Of a DNA stretch of 64,000 bases, positions 40,121 through 53,928 are shown piece after piece (positions within the stretch are counted from its first letter, which is position 1; every line of letters starts with the position of its first letter). A program made the translations under genes and the position numbers. Source of the DNA: Eledone cirrhosa (lineage: Eukaryota); contig OZ024758.1 of NCBI GenBank assembly GCA_964016885.1, forward strand, positions 3,348,001 to 3,412,000. The letters are read 5' to 3'. The notes below the pieces were generated by a model, which was given only the letters and a program-made list of their open reading frames with translations, made no database searches and was not told the DNA's origin.

Positions 40121-40989
40121 TCTAGATAGTTGTCGTATGAGAACATTTGTTATGCAACTATGAAATAACCCATAAATATCACATAATAAATGTAGCGGGT
40201 AATATATTAATGTAAAAATCTTGTTGAGATAAGTTGAAGCATAAATAAATTTGTATTTCATAAATATTAGTTTCGAATGTACCTCTCACCTTCAGGAATT
40301 AGACATATGATGATACACAGAGTGTTTCTTAAAGATAGTCCTAAGTTATCTGTTTTTACACTAAGGTGTTTTCAATACTTCATCTTAAGTAACTTACTAA
40401 TAGTTTTACACTATATACATACAGTTCGATAATTATATACACATTTTGCTGCAAACCAATGTACTTTTAGGTATTTTATAACTCTCTGTCTTCATCAATA
40501 ATCAATATTAACACAACATATTCATTGTTGAATCAATGCAACAACATATTTTGAAAATAATTTGAAAGATGAGTACAAAGCGAATTTAATCCTCACAAAT
40601 CAATAAAAAATGTATTGGTATTGATCGGTAGAATATTCAGCTATGTCAATGTCTACAAATATCTTATTAGTATATTGAAATTATTGATCTATATTTTCCA
40701 CTTATGGGTATTTGTCTTTCAACAAATTCTGCCAGGTGATTAAGATTCGCCCCTGGTCAATCTTGTTGAAATAGAAGAATGATCAGCTGTGTTCCAACCG
40801 TGATCATCTGGTTTCATACCCCAAAACATATAGTCAATGAGCTCTTACATTCTAGCGTTGGTTGTATGTAATCTATGAGGAATTTAGCGAATATGCCTGG
40901 AAGAGTACTCGCTGGCCCGTTGGTTGACTCGGACAGAAAAGCGATTCTAAATATTGTTGTATATGAATCATAACAATAATAAATATGTA

Positions 40990-41230
40990 TTTTGATAAGG
41001 TTACGACAAAATATTGCCTTTAGAAAACATGAAGATATAAGTGTTTCTACTTTTGGCACAAGGCCAGCAATTACCCAGAGGATTACTGGTACTTTATTTT
41101 ATCTACCCCGTAAGGTTGAAAGCCAAAGTTAACTTCGGCGGGATTTTAACTCATGAAGATATACTGTTATTGCGTGGAGACCTTCTCTTGAAATGAGCCA
41201 ACAATACGCGGAGCATTACCTCTACATATT
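40990..41230. mobile_element. Unclassified repeat family G, interrupted by SINE A
   Basis: GATAAGGTTACGACAAAATATTGCCTTTAGAAAACATGAAGATATA..GTTATTGCGTGG..TTCTCTTGAAATGAGC..ATACGC aligns with the uninterrupted copy at 51783-51900. Confidence 0.7.
41041..41151 (-). mobile_element. 5'-truncated SINE A with 12-bp TSD
   Basis: CATGAAGATATA at 41028-41039 and 41152-41163. Confidence 0.92.
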
Positions 41231-42134
41231 GTTGTAAATGAGAGAGATTATCAGAATAATAATAAAAATGATCATATATTTTAGAATCCCTGCATATGAT
41301 CGCTACGTTGTTCTACCTTATGTTTTCACATTCATACCGCGGAACATTCAGAATAATATACATATATGTAAATGCTCAAGTTTATTGTTTATATTCACAC
41401 TGTTCTCATTTCTATCATGTGAAATAAAATACTATCTCCATGAAAATAATACACAATATAGAATTATAATGTAATTACGTAAGTAAACAAAAGTCATTCC
41501 TTTATAGCTCACAATTAGTACATTCCTATGCTACATATAACATTTATAAATTTACAAGATTTGTAGATTTATAATATATCTGGTATCTTTCCTTACATAC
41601 TATAACATTCTGGCTAACACAGGGAATTGTTTTCAATAGGTTTGCTGATTAGAGATTTATAGGAATAATTGTTTCATTTTCTAATACCTCAATGATCAGT
41701 TTTTGTTCATTTATAGACCTTTTAAATTTAAAATTCCATTTACTTGTTGGGTAGCATAGAGGTACATCTCACGGGAATGCCTTTTATTGTCATAACAAAA
41801 GTAGACCAAGTTTGATATCTTCCTTATCCATTAAAGACTGTGATGTGGCTGAATCCACGGATAAGACGCACATATGTTTCTGAAGGCCACAGTACACAAT
41901 GACACACTCACAGACATTCATACAGGTTCATAACAATTATACGCCATGTGAATACTGGATGAAGTAATTAGACTAAAGAGGAGAAAGAAGGGGAGCAAAA
42001 TAGTTGATGAGATCATAAAATGACTATAAACCAACAGCTCTTACTAAATTAACGAAGAAATGGATTAGGGACACGTCTAATACAACGGGTGTTTTATTTG
42101 TAGCATAGCTCTGTGACCTTCCCGAAGTATAATA

Positions 42135-42196
<62 letters not shown>

Positions 42197-42330
42197 ATGT
42201 GTGTGTATATATATATATGTATATATAAATATATATGTATATATATATATATGTATATATAAATATATATGTATATATGTATATATAAATATATATGTAT
42301 GCATATATATGTATATATATATATGTTTAA

Positions 42331-42391
42331 TATAGAAATGGCTTCTACAGGGCTAGAATTGTTTCATTCGAAGTAAATCATCTGGAAAGCC
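42331..42391 (-). ncRNA. Hammerhead ribozyme-like element, family B, core-mutated (CAGAUGA)
   Basis: Minus strand: GGCUUUC-CAGAUGA-UUUACUUCGAAU-GAAAC-AAUUCUAGCCCU-GUA-GAAGCC. Stem I is GGC(U)UUC/GAAGCC. (TA)n on both sides. Confidence 0.55.
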
Positions 42392-43274
42392 TATATATAT
42401 ATATATATATATCACGTTATATATATAGATAGATAGACAGATAAATAGATATATTCCTGTGCAAGTATGTGTGCAGAGTGGCTGTGTGTGATTTCTTCAT
42501 TCCTTTGTATGGTAAAATACTTGTGAATACTTAAAGACATACGCAATAAATATTGAAAGCCGTGAGAAATCTACTACGTATAAAGATGATATTTTGCAAT
42601 AAAAATATCGGAATGCATTCTCTGTAAGATGCCACCTATATTATTCAGATCCAATAATCACGAAAAAAATATTGGTATGAGTGGTGACGGAATGCAACTT
42701 TACACGTAAAACCAATGCAGGGAATTATCCTACAGAGGATGTAAAAGATAAAACTGATACAAAAAATAAAACGATAAATAGAAAATTGGAATGCATCAAA
42801 GAATGAAATCAAAGCATTTGTGAGAAGCGAAAAAATAGGAAATACGGGTGAGAGAAATGATATAATATGTTAAAGAAGGAATACACACGTGGCAAAAAAT
42901 GCCAACGGTCCCGGAAGATTGCAATAAAGAAAGGAATACCTACATGAATGTAGAAATAAATCATACGAATAGATTTGAGCCGCTTTCGCAAAAATGATTG
43001 CAATAAACACATTGCTATATAACAATAACTGGTTTAGAAGAAAAGAAAAACTGTTAAGAGATCAGAATGAATACATGTAAGTGGTTATGCTGAGATAATG
43101 CTCGAATCAATACTTTGCTAGTATGGGTTAGAAAACAGAACATACCGAAATTTAAAATGGAAAATAACAAAGATAACCTCTAAAATATATTCTATTATGA
43201 AGATGTCAATATTTCTCCTCTCGGCAAATGGATTTATGAATCCAAAGGGTAACCGATGGTGAAAGAAAAAAATT

Positions 43275-43520
43275 CTATATTTGGCACAAGGCCGACAATT
43301 ACTCCAATACATTACTGGTGCTTAATTGTATCGACCCCGTACGGATGAAAGGCAAAGCAAACCTCGGCGGGATTTGAGCTCAGAACGTAATGAGTCATCA
43401 CACCTAATAAAAATAATAATTGTTTCTACTTTTGGCACAAGGCCAGCAATTACACTAGTGCATTACTGGTACTCTATTCTATCTACCCCGTAAGGATGAA
43501 TGGCAAAGCTAACCTCGGAG
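43275..43520 (-). mobile_element. Two 5'-truncated SINE A copies (43275-43392, 43415-43520)
   Basis: Both show TTTGGCACAAGGCC..TACTGGT..CCCCGTA.GGATGAA.GGCAAAGC.AACCTCGG. Confidence 0.88.
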
Positions 43521-43825
43521 AAATAAGGAGAATTATGGTGAAGGTCTATGATAGTTTATGTTCTCCTGATAAAGTTTATTATTGTAGCTTTAAGTATGAC
43601 ACATGGTCACATATACATACATGCTAATATTGGAAGAGGTTTCGAATGTTTAATCGAGGGTAATTAGTGTCATTCGTTGTTTGTATCTATTTCTTAGCTA
43701 TAATGAAATCGGAGAATGTGTTACAAAGTAACTGATAGAAGGGAATTCAAGTACGTTTATAGAATACGAACCAAATGTAGATTACAGTATCTCGAAATTA
43801 GAAAGAAAAAAGAAAAACAAAGAGA

Positions 43826-44018
43826 ATAATTGTTTCTACTTTTGGCACAAGTCCGGCAATTGTCCCAGTGCATTACTGGTACTTTATTTTATCGACCCCG
43901 TAAGGATGAAAGGCAAAGTTAAGTAAAGGCAAAATGATTTGAACTCTGAACGTTAAGGGCCGTAACTCTATACTGCAAAGCTTGGCGTCAGACCATCTAC
44001 CGATACTGCCAATCTACG
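43826..44018 (-). mobile_element. SINE family A, full length
   Basis: Consensus copy with a small internal AAAGGCAAA duplication; ends CGATACTGCCAATC. Confidence 0.9.
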
Positions 44019-44888
44019 GCCTTAAGAAGGTAAATAATAAATGCATTTTCTGTTGAACATGTTACATTTACATCATATAGCAAATTCTGTAGAAATGTGA
44101 ATTGATGAAAACCCTAAGATATAACGAAAGTAATTTTATGTTTGATTGTCGCAAAAGTGAAATATATCATTTCAAGTCAATACTATTCGAAACGTAATCC
44201 TAGAAATGTTTGGAAACTTTAGATCATAAACGGAAAGCTATAGAAAGTAAATTAGTGTTAGATATGTTGGCGCCATATATTCATAATGATGGTATAATAT
44301 ATTCGACACATCCTTTCATAATATGAGGGTTAAGATTGCGAAGGCCGTATCATTTGTATGCATATAAGTATGCATTACCGAGCTATTGCTATGCATGTGT
44401 GAGGTATTGAGATCTGTAATGATTTGGCAATGAGCACAATGATGATTTCGTTCGTGATTATATGTATGAGTGCTTTAAATAGATGCAACTGTGTGATACT
44501 TCAATGAAATATTATTAAATATTAGAGAGCCTGAACTTATTATGACCTCAGGACCACTTATTATCATGGCAGAAGCAAATTATTATTGCTTTCGACCTCT
44601 TGTATTACATATTATGTCGCACATTTTGAATAAGTATATATTATGGACGTTGAACGAAAGTGATATAGAATTGACGTCAGTTAGATTTGATCTCATACTC
44701 TAAATGACTGTAATTAAACATGTCAAACTATTTACCTCTAATTCCTTAGTTTCTGCCAACAGGTTGTGCATTTCATTCATTTTCTCTTCTTTATTATTCC
44801 CATTCTATGTCCTAATCCTCTATATCTATCTCTACTCTTACCTCTTTCACAACTATTTTACATCTCACTCCTCTATCTCTTGAGAAAA

Positions 44889-44935
<47 letters not shown>

Positions 44936-45911
44936 TACACATACATATGTAAATGCTAAGCTGTGCATGCAATTCAAAGGGCCAACTTTGGAATTCCTTG
45001 TCTCAGCTTCAACCTCTCAAATAATTATGTTAAGCATACCTGCATTTCGTGAATGCTCAGCCATTTGCTAGGTTATACCGAGACTAGATACTATAGTTTT
45101 TCGAACAACTGTAATATTCGACTTCGTAGTCGACGAGAATCTTACACAGATGTGGGTATGTATATGTATGTGTGAGTTTTAGTTTAATAAATATATACGT
45201 ATACATTCATATGTTAAAAAACTGTAGATGAATATACGTATTTGTATACGTGTAAATGTATGTGAAAAAACTCATGAAACCTAAATGTCACGCATAAAAT
45301 ACTATCTTAGGGCCAACGATATGCAATTACTCTCAAAAAGCCAAAGTTTACTCAGCCAAGAACGATTTCCTTAAAACACATTTCCTTCAACCATCTTTCT
45401 AAGTAAGATGCTTCATACATCTGACATTTATTTTCCGCTCTATCACAGAAATCCCTACCAAAATATTTCCATAATCTATATTTAAAAATATGTAATAACT
45501 ATATACACGATTTATGCGTTTACGTATAGCTGATAAAAGCAAGTTCGTGCTCGATTTACTGACGGAGGTAATGAACCAAGTATGCCATGTTCAAAACACA
45601 AATAATCTAATTGGCTTTAATCTTTACGATTGAAGTGATTGGCTGATCACTGAATATAATGTCAGGTTTCTTTATTTTTTGTACAAAAAAATGAAGAAAA
45701 ACATTAGGTTATGACATTTACGAATCTGGTCTAGTAGCATTAGATTATATTTTCTACTGAAGCATTTATCTGTGTACATAATGCATATATAAGAATATAT
45801 ATATTTATATATACATATATATATATTTATATATACATATATATATATTTATATATACATATATATATGTATATATATATATTAATATAAATATACGCAT
45901 ATATATAAATA

Positions 45912-46134
45912 TGGTGGCTGCCAACTCGTTTTCGAGTACGGCCACTACTTTATATCCATGTAGGAGAAGCCCTACCGATGCGCTGAACGAGTGTGACATT
46001 TTAGTCCAGCCAGCGACTTGAAAACTCTGGTACAAACACTACAGGACAATTATTGACACATAGTGCTGGGTTCATGGTACCATGGGACGACAAGTGCAGA
46101 GATATCTCCAGATATGAAGCAATGCCTGTGCCGT
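45912..46134 (-). mobile_element. Family F copy (3' part), embedded in microsatellite
   Basis: Reverse complement closely matches 38344-38570. Confidence 0.8.
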
Positions 46135-46170
46135 ATACATATATACATACATACATCTAAACATACATAT

Positions 46171-46419
<249 letters not shown>

Positions 46420-46451
46420 TCATTAAATATATATATATGTATATGTATATG

Positions 46452-46516
<65 letters not shown>

Positions 46517-48006
46517 ATATCTTTCTCGGTATCTATGTGTGATTCATTATGTTAATGTATATCATACTAACTAAAAGATATAAATGTTAAACATAAGATA
46601 TATTAACATATTTTTCTTTGTTTTGTTGTCATAAATCTATTGATATATTGATATGTTGTTTTATATTCCATTAGGTTTTATTTAATTGCTTCTTTTCCTT
46701 TAACGAATTCTCTTAGTTTGAATGTTCCACATATTCAGCCATGTTGAAGTAAAAGTATACATTGAGAGTTCCCAGCTGAAGGTAAAAAGATACGTCTAAA
46801 AACAAAAAAATAATATTAACTATATGAAACGAAGTTGATAGCAGAATGTTGTCAAAGCTGTGTATGCGAAGATATGGCATAGCTGGAAGTTTTTTTCCGG
46901 CAATTGGTTTCGTTCAGTATTTAGTTTATAGTTGTTAGATATGGTTGTTTAAGCAAAGCTAATGTATCTTAAAGCTATAAAGACGAACCTTCTAGTCCAG
47001 CCAACCATATGTACTTATCAAACATCTTGACAGTAGCTCAGGAAAGAAAAAAATTGAGCGAAGCGCCCTACTGAATTGACAAGCCTCTTAATTAAGGAAT
47101 ATTTGAAACATCGGTAAGAATGTGAAAAATAACAGGAATTTCCTTTTAAACACGAACAAATGTTTTTACTGAAAGGAATTTGCAGACCATTATAATAGAA
47201 GATACATAGCTTAGACATTTTGAAAACAAGAATCAATAAGCATCATTTAATTGGGAAATGCGTGTATACAGTGCAAAACATTTATTTTTATTTTATTTAT
47301 TTTTGTTTTTGCTGTTAATGAAAAACAGGAAAGATAAAACAAAATAAGGAAAAAGAAACAAAACGTCAATATAAAGAAAATGGTGCAGAACTTTGAAACA
47401 CTGCTTGACAAGTTGCGAAATATGTAAATAGATGTTGAGTGTTTTCTTATCGTTTGAAATATATGGAATGCAGATACATTCTAACAACAAAGCCCAACAG
47501 TTTGTTTGTAGGATTCTGTACTCCAGTTGTCTAATATTTGGTATTTTTAGTTGGAATGTTGACACAATCTACAGCTGAAAATGAGACGCTACTCAACACT
47601 CAATTTTCTGAGATATTTTTTTACATGTTTCTGCCGTGTGGGAGGTTGATAATTTGTTGGGTTATATAGAGACAATGTTAAGTTTGATGATATATTTATT
47701 TATCTATTTACTTATATATGATATATTTATTTATGTATTTACTTATCTAGCTATTTATATATTATTTGTTTTACTTATTTCTCTATCAATTTCCCTAGCA
47801 AACTCGTGTATGGCAACGTACGTGCAATTGGTTTAGAGTATTATGTTACATATTATATCGATACCCGGTGGGATGGAAATTGCAATTGACGCCATGTCTA
47901 ATTTGATTACCAATCTAAGGCACCCAATGAATTATGGTTTCAAAACAGTCTGATACTCTTCCGTTTGGGATAAAATCAGGGTATTTTCAAAACATAACAC
48001 ACACAT

Positions 48007-48047
<41 letters not shown>

Positions 48048-48993
48048 TAGATAGATAGATAGATAGAAATATATATGTGTGTGCGTATGTGTGTGTGTGT
48101 GGGGGGGGGTGCGTACGTGCGTATTGTTTTGTGTGGGAGAGATGAAGTGTGTGTCGTTATGTGACATAAGGAAGGACGATTTATTAGAGCGCACTAAAAT
48201 CTGGAGAACTGACGATAAACATTTAGAAGTTGATACAAGAACACTCCAATATTACGTACACACACATATGCCTACCGATGTTGTGAGACAAATCACTTTT
48301 AATATACTTCTCGATATCTTATTAAAAGAAAAAATATATTTCTTATAGAAATGAGTATTCTTGATGATTTAAAGTGAATGAAACGGCTCTAATCCCGTAG
48401 AATTTATTTCTTTATACAAACATACATTCATGCAGAATGCACCACTTAGATGCATTCCTCTCAAGTCCTTTTGGCCCAAATAATTACTTTCCTGATCGTT
48501 CCTCTTAACCTAAATTGGAATGTGAACAAAGAGTTGCGGAGATATATAATGATCAAAATATGACGATTGCCAATTTGGCATTAAGTAAACGCCTACACCA
48601 TCTGCGTTGTCTTAAAATAGTAAAAGAAGAATAGATAATTCCTTGGAATGCAGGATTTTTCTTCGCCTGACTTTGAAGATTACACCACCAAAGAATTTTG
48701 TCTCCAAACGTTTCACTCCTACGCATGATTTTAAAATGGTAGAATACGATGCGATTTGGCGTCAAAAGTTCTACTTAAACAAAATTGTATATGTAGTTCC
48801 AAAACATTGGGATCAACTCCGTCATTTTGTCTATATAGAGAAGAGTTCAACTGCTCATGAAGCTAAGCTACATTTTAGATCTGCTTTCGAACCAGAAAAT
48901 AAAAAGAAGATAATAAAATTGAAATATAGGCAAAGGCATATCCAAATTTTCTCCCATACAAACAAACACTTGCAGACGCACACACACATATAT

Positions 48994-49043
<50 letters not shown>

Positions 49044-49740
49044 TACATCAGATTGATATATATATATATATTGATATATTTATATGTGTGTGTGTGTGCA
49101 TATATATCTATACACACAAACACACATTTATATATATGTACATATTGAAATAAGCGGCTAGTGCCCACATAACCATAATGTGGTTCGGAAATAGATCAAT
49201 GTGATTGCGAAGCAGATTTCCTAAACACTTCTAATTTCTAATAGGTTTCTTGCAGGAACATTGATTGATTTCCTCAACCTAAATCTTTACGAAAATATTT
49301 TTCAGCCGTCAGACTCCATAGAACAGTGTCTGTAGTATAATTTAGATTCCGGCTGAATTCTAACTAAATATAATGTCAATAAGATTTTAAAATGCACCAT
49401 CCTTGGAATACCATTTAGTATAGGAAAGTGCTCATGTTTTCTATGGTGCCAGCTATATTATCCATGCGACGAGATCGTATAATTTGTTCATAAACATACA
49501 TAAATATGAAAGGCTGCGAATTGGTAAAGTCGTTAGCACGTCAGACATTGGCTGGTCAAGTATAAATTTTGTAGAAATTCGGTGTTTTTCTACAAATTTC
49601 TGCAAATTCCATACCTGGCGACCCAAAAGAATGTGTTATACTTACACACACACATGCATATACATATATATATATACATTTACATGTATATATATATACA
49701 TATACATATATACATATACATACATATGCATGTACATATT

Positions 49741-49907
49741 TACCCATTTTGGGATGGCCATTGACTCATATGAGTTCTTCCGCCATTTGACAGGTTTTCT
49801 TTTTTGTCCTGCAGGGTGTCCAAAATCACCCTCCTCACCAAGAAAACTTGGAGGGGTCGCCGGTTTAGTCGGTGATGACCCTACAATGCGATAGGTTGTA
49901 CTGGGTT
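49741..49907 (-). mobile_element. GC-rich short retroposon-like insert within microsatellite (family H)
   Basis: Its minus-strand end, GTCAATGGCCATCCCAAAATGGGTAAATATGTA, matches the fragment at 38622-38655 (GTCAACCGCCACCCCAAAATGAGTAAATATGTA). Confidence 0.6.
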
Positions 49908-50134
49908 ACATACATACATACGTACGTACATACATTCATACATATATGAACGATGTTGTCCTTGATATAACCGTCGTATACATTCGGTTTCATCTATTGC
50001 CAAGTAACTTCAAGTATTGATCGTTCGCATTAGTTTCGACGCCTTCGATGCGGACGTATTCTAATGAAATAACAGCAAAATTTAAACACACTGCTAAGTT
50101 ACTTTAACGTGAATATCAGCGAATATCCGTTCTT

Positions 50135-50195
50135 GTATATATATATATATATGAATGTATGTATATACGTATGTGTATGTATGCATATCTGTATG

Positions 50196-50272
<77 letters not shown>

Positions 50273-50316
50273 GTATATATATATATATATACATATGTAT
50301 ATATATATATATATAC

Positions 50317-50356
<40 letters not shown>

Positions 50357-50361
50357 ATATA

Positions 50362-50454
<93 letters not shown>

Positions 50455-50467
50455 GTATATACATATG

Positions 50468-50522
<55 letters not shown>

Positions 50523-50530
50523 GTATATAC

Positions 50531-50592
<62 letters not shown>
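50135..50592. repeat. Long (TA)n microsatellite
   Basis: Direct inspection. Confidence 0.95.
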
Positions 50593-50598
<6 letters not shown>

Positions 50599-51089
50599 CT
50601 TCATAAAGATGTTTGAACAAATTGGGATTTCTATAAAATTGAAAACGCCATAAAATCGTCGGTTATTGATTCCCAATCTTAGCAAGGATAACTTCTTAGA
50701 ATAAAACTAGGATCGATCAAGGCAATTGATTAATTGCCAATAACGATAAATTTAAGAATGGGGGCGTGCGAGATAGATGTTCTGCATACGTTTGAACTTT
50801 TAAATATTTTCCTTTCAAAAGCCTTCGAGCTTATGAAGGTCATAATTCGGGGAAATGATCCAAGAATATTGTCCATAAACTAATATTGGAAGGATCACTA
50901 TGGAGCCCGTATCCGTATTATAAAAAGGTTACTGCTTGCAACATGTCTTTCATGTTTTGGGATTTCGACAATCGAAAAACATACACGTATAATGAGATTC
51001 ACTAGCAGCACAAATTAAAAATATTTCTGTCACACGGACATACACATACACACATACACACACGCACACATACACACTCAGAAACACAC

Positions 51090-51600
51090 ACACTCTCTCA
51101 CACACCCTCACTGACACACACTCATTCTCACATCCTCACTGACACACCCTCACTCCCACACTCTCACTGACACATCCTCACTGACACACACTCACTCCCA
51201 CATCCTCACTGACACATCCTCACTGACACATCCTCATTCACACACCCTCACTGACACACCCTCACTGACAAACACTCACTCCCACATCGTCACTGACACA
51301 TCCTCACTGGCATGCCCTGACTCACACATCCTCACTGACACACCCTCACTCACACACCCTCACTGACACATCCTCACTGACACACTCTCACTGACACATC
51401 CTCACTCACACAACCTCACTCACACACCCTCACTCACACACCCTCACTCACACACACACTCACGCACATATAGAGATAGATAGATATATAGATAGATATA
51501 TAGATATATAGATAGATTCATAGAAAGAAGACACACAAACACACACACACTCATCATACACCCTCATTCACACATCCTGAATCACACATCCTCACTCACA
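51090..51600. repeat. 14-bp minisatellite (CACATCCTCACTGA-like) derived from (CA)n
   Basis: About 25 degenerate units of CACA(T/C)CCTCACT(G/C)A between (CA)n flanks, interrupted by a GATA block at ~51470-51530. Confidence 0.88.
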
Positions 51601-51782
51601 CACACAGACACACACACACACACGCACTCACACAAGCACACACAAAGTATATATAAACCCAGAGATAAAATATTTATTATTACTAACTTTTAAAATTCAA
51701 CCGGAAACCATTCAGCTTTTAACCTTTACGAGCTCAACTGAAACTCAGTAATATCAATCAGTACAGGCAGAAGAAAATATGT

Positions 51783-51900
51783 TGATAAAGTTTCGACACT
51801 ATATTGCCTCTAGAGAACAGGAAGACATAAGGTTATTGCGTGAGGGCGTTCTCTTGAAATGAGCGAAATATACGCAAGGAGAATTACGTCATTATATGGA
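51783..51900. mobile_element. Repeat family G, uninterrupted copy
   Basis: Paralog of 40990-41230 without the SINE. Confidence 0.7.
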
Positions 51901-52489
51901 ACGGGAAGATCATATATATATATATATATATATGATGGGGTTTTAAGCGTGTTTATTTGTGTGGTTTGTGTGTGGCTGAGTTTTGTGTGGGGGGATTGCG
52001 TTTGTAAGTGTGTGTGCATGGGAAAGGAAGTTTATATCTATGTACACATATATACATATTTATATACATTCATCCAGTTATAATGGGAATATATTTAGGA
52101 AGATTATCACAAAGCAAATGATAATGATGATGATAATGGCGAAGTGTATGATAGTTAAAAAGCAAAGCACCGTCATTAAGTCAGGCATTTATGGAAGCTC
52201 GAGGTTTGTGGGAGAAAAAATAAATATAGGTAATAAAATATCATGACCAGATGAAAAATTCCACCATGAAAGAAAACTTCTCTCAGACGTTGTCTGGAAT
52301 GTTAAGTGGTAGATTGACAAACCGTAAAGTTTCTACACATATATATATATATAATAATAAAAACCATACACTATGTTTGTGTGTTTATGAGTGCTCGTGT
52401 GAAGTTATATAGATATGTATAGAGTATGTACTTGAACATGCTCACGCACGTACAAATATAGGCACACAGACAAACTGACACAGAAATAC

Positions 52490-52576
52490 ATATATACATA
52501 TACATATATATATATATATATATATGTCTATATACATATAAACATATATGTATATATGTGTATATACATATAAACA

Positions 52577-52647
<71 letters not shown>

Positions 52648-52659
52648 ATATACATATAA

Positions 52660-52700
<41 letters not shown>

Positions 52701-52718
52701 TACATATATGTATATATG

Positions 52719-52785
<67 letters not shown>
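52490..52785. repeat. (TA)n/(TG)n microsatellite
   Basis: Direct inspection. Confidence 0.95.
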
Positions 52786-52787
<2 letters not shown>

Positions 52788-53160
52788 TCTAACTGAAACA
52801 TAATCATGTTTACACGTCCGCAGAAGCCTTCAAACATACACAACTAAAATACATATACGCCCTCTTTTACACTCTCATTTATAAATATTTTTGTAGAAAT
52901 ATGTCTAAACAGAAATATATAATAATTAAAATTATTTTAAGAACAAAAGAACAAATTAAATAACTCACCTCAATCGATAAACACAACCTAAAATATTCTA
53001 ATTTCATTAAGAATGACATGCATCTTCATATGTATCGAAGTATTAAATAGGCGATATCTATCTGTAATTCTTTGTGTGTGTGTGTCACTGTTTGTCAACC
53101 CTATTACAAATACACTCATCCGACGTACAATATTGTATTGTAGTTCTATTCACATTAACA

Positions 53161-53336
53161 TACCATGTTTCCTTGCGACGAAGACGCTTCGTCCTCGAGA
53201 ATGCACCCGAATTTTGACAACCAGAAATCTGAAAAAAACCCAGAAAAAAACAACCTTAAGCCTACAGGACGCATGTTAGATTTTTTAGACTTATTTTAGG
53301 AAAAAGGTAGCGTCTTCAACGCCGGGAAATACGGTG
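53161..53336. mobile_element. Tc2/pogo-like (Tc1/mariner) MITE
   Basis: Left end TACCATGTTTCCTTGCGACGAAGACGC; the right end reverse-complements to CACCGTATTTCCCGGCGTTGAAGACGC. CCGTATTT-type termini with subterminal GACGC motifs. Confidence 0.65.
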
Positions 53337-53544
53337 TTTTAAAACCAAATGAAATTCAATCAGATAAAATATAATTACAGGAGAGTTATGTATTCTATTT
53401 GTTGAAATTGTCAGAGAATCGAAAATCTTCATGGTGAAGAATTAATTGCATATGAATGTAGAAACAAAACATTTTCCAAAATGGTAAAGTATATTAGTGT
53501 TTGATCTGCTAAATTCTGATGAAATTTTAGGGGTTCCATATTGA

Positions 53545-53800
53545 AATGCGACACTACTGACATGTGCTTAGAATATATCAGGAAGGAAAAGCTGGCAAAA
53601 TGTTAAGGAGAATACTAGCCAAGATGTCACCCAGGGGTAGTCCTGAGCAAGATGTTTGGATAATAAGCAATGATTTATATGGTTTTGTTTGGGGTTACAG
53701 TGGCTTCAGTTGTGGAGAGCTGCACCCTTACAGTAGCAGCTAGAAAGCATGTTTGGGGATTCTGCCGTTACGATAGTCCCAGGTGAAGAAAAGAGGAGGG
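53545..53800 (+). mobile_element. Decayed RTE-clade LINE 3' end
   Basis: CATGTGCTTAGAATATATCAGGAA (HVLRIYQE), CCCAGGGGTAGTCCT (PRGSP) and the terminal ..CAGGTGAAGAAAAG parallel the 23360-23620 copy. Confidence 0.55.
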
Positions 53801-53928
53801 GAATATCTTCAAAGTGATGGATGTAGCATTATGTCTTATATATTATGTATTTGTAACTTTGTAGTTACAAAATCAGTCAAAAGCACTTCAGAGTCAACCC
53901 CACTCAACAGCGTCAATATATTTTGAAA

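Noticed and set aside
47018-47565. Two adjacent minus-strand Cys-containing ORFs
   Set aside because: No consistent exon structure and no recognisable domain.
48643-49056. 137-aa ORF with ~110 non-repetitive codons
   Set aside because: No recognisable motif, a non-ATG start, and it runs into microsatellite. Plausible by chance.
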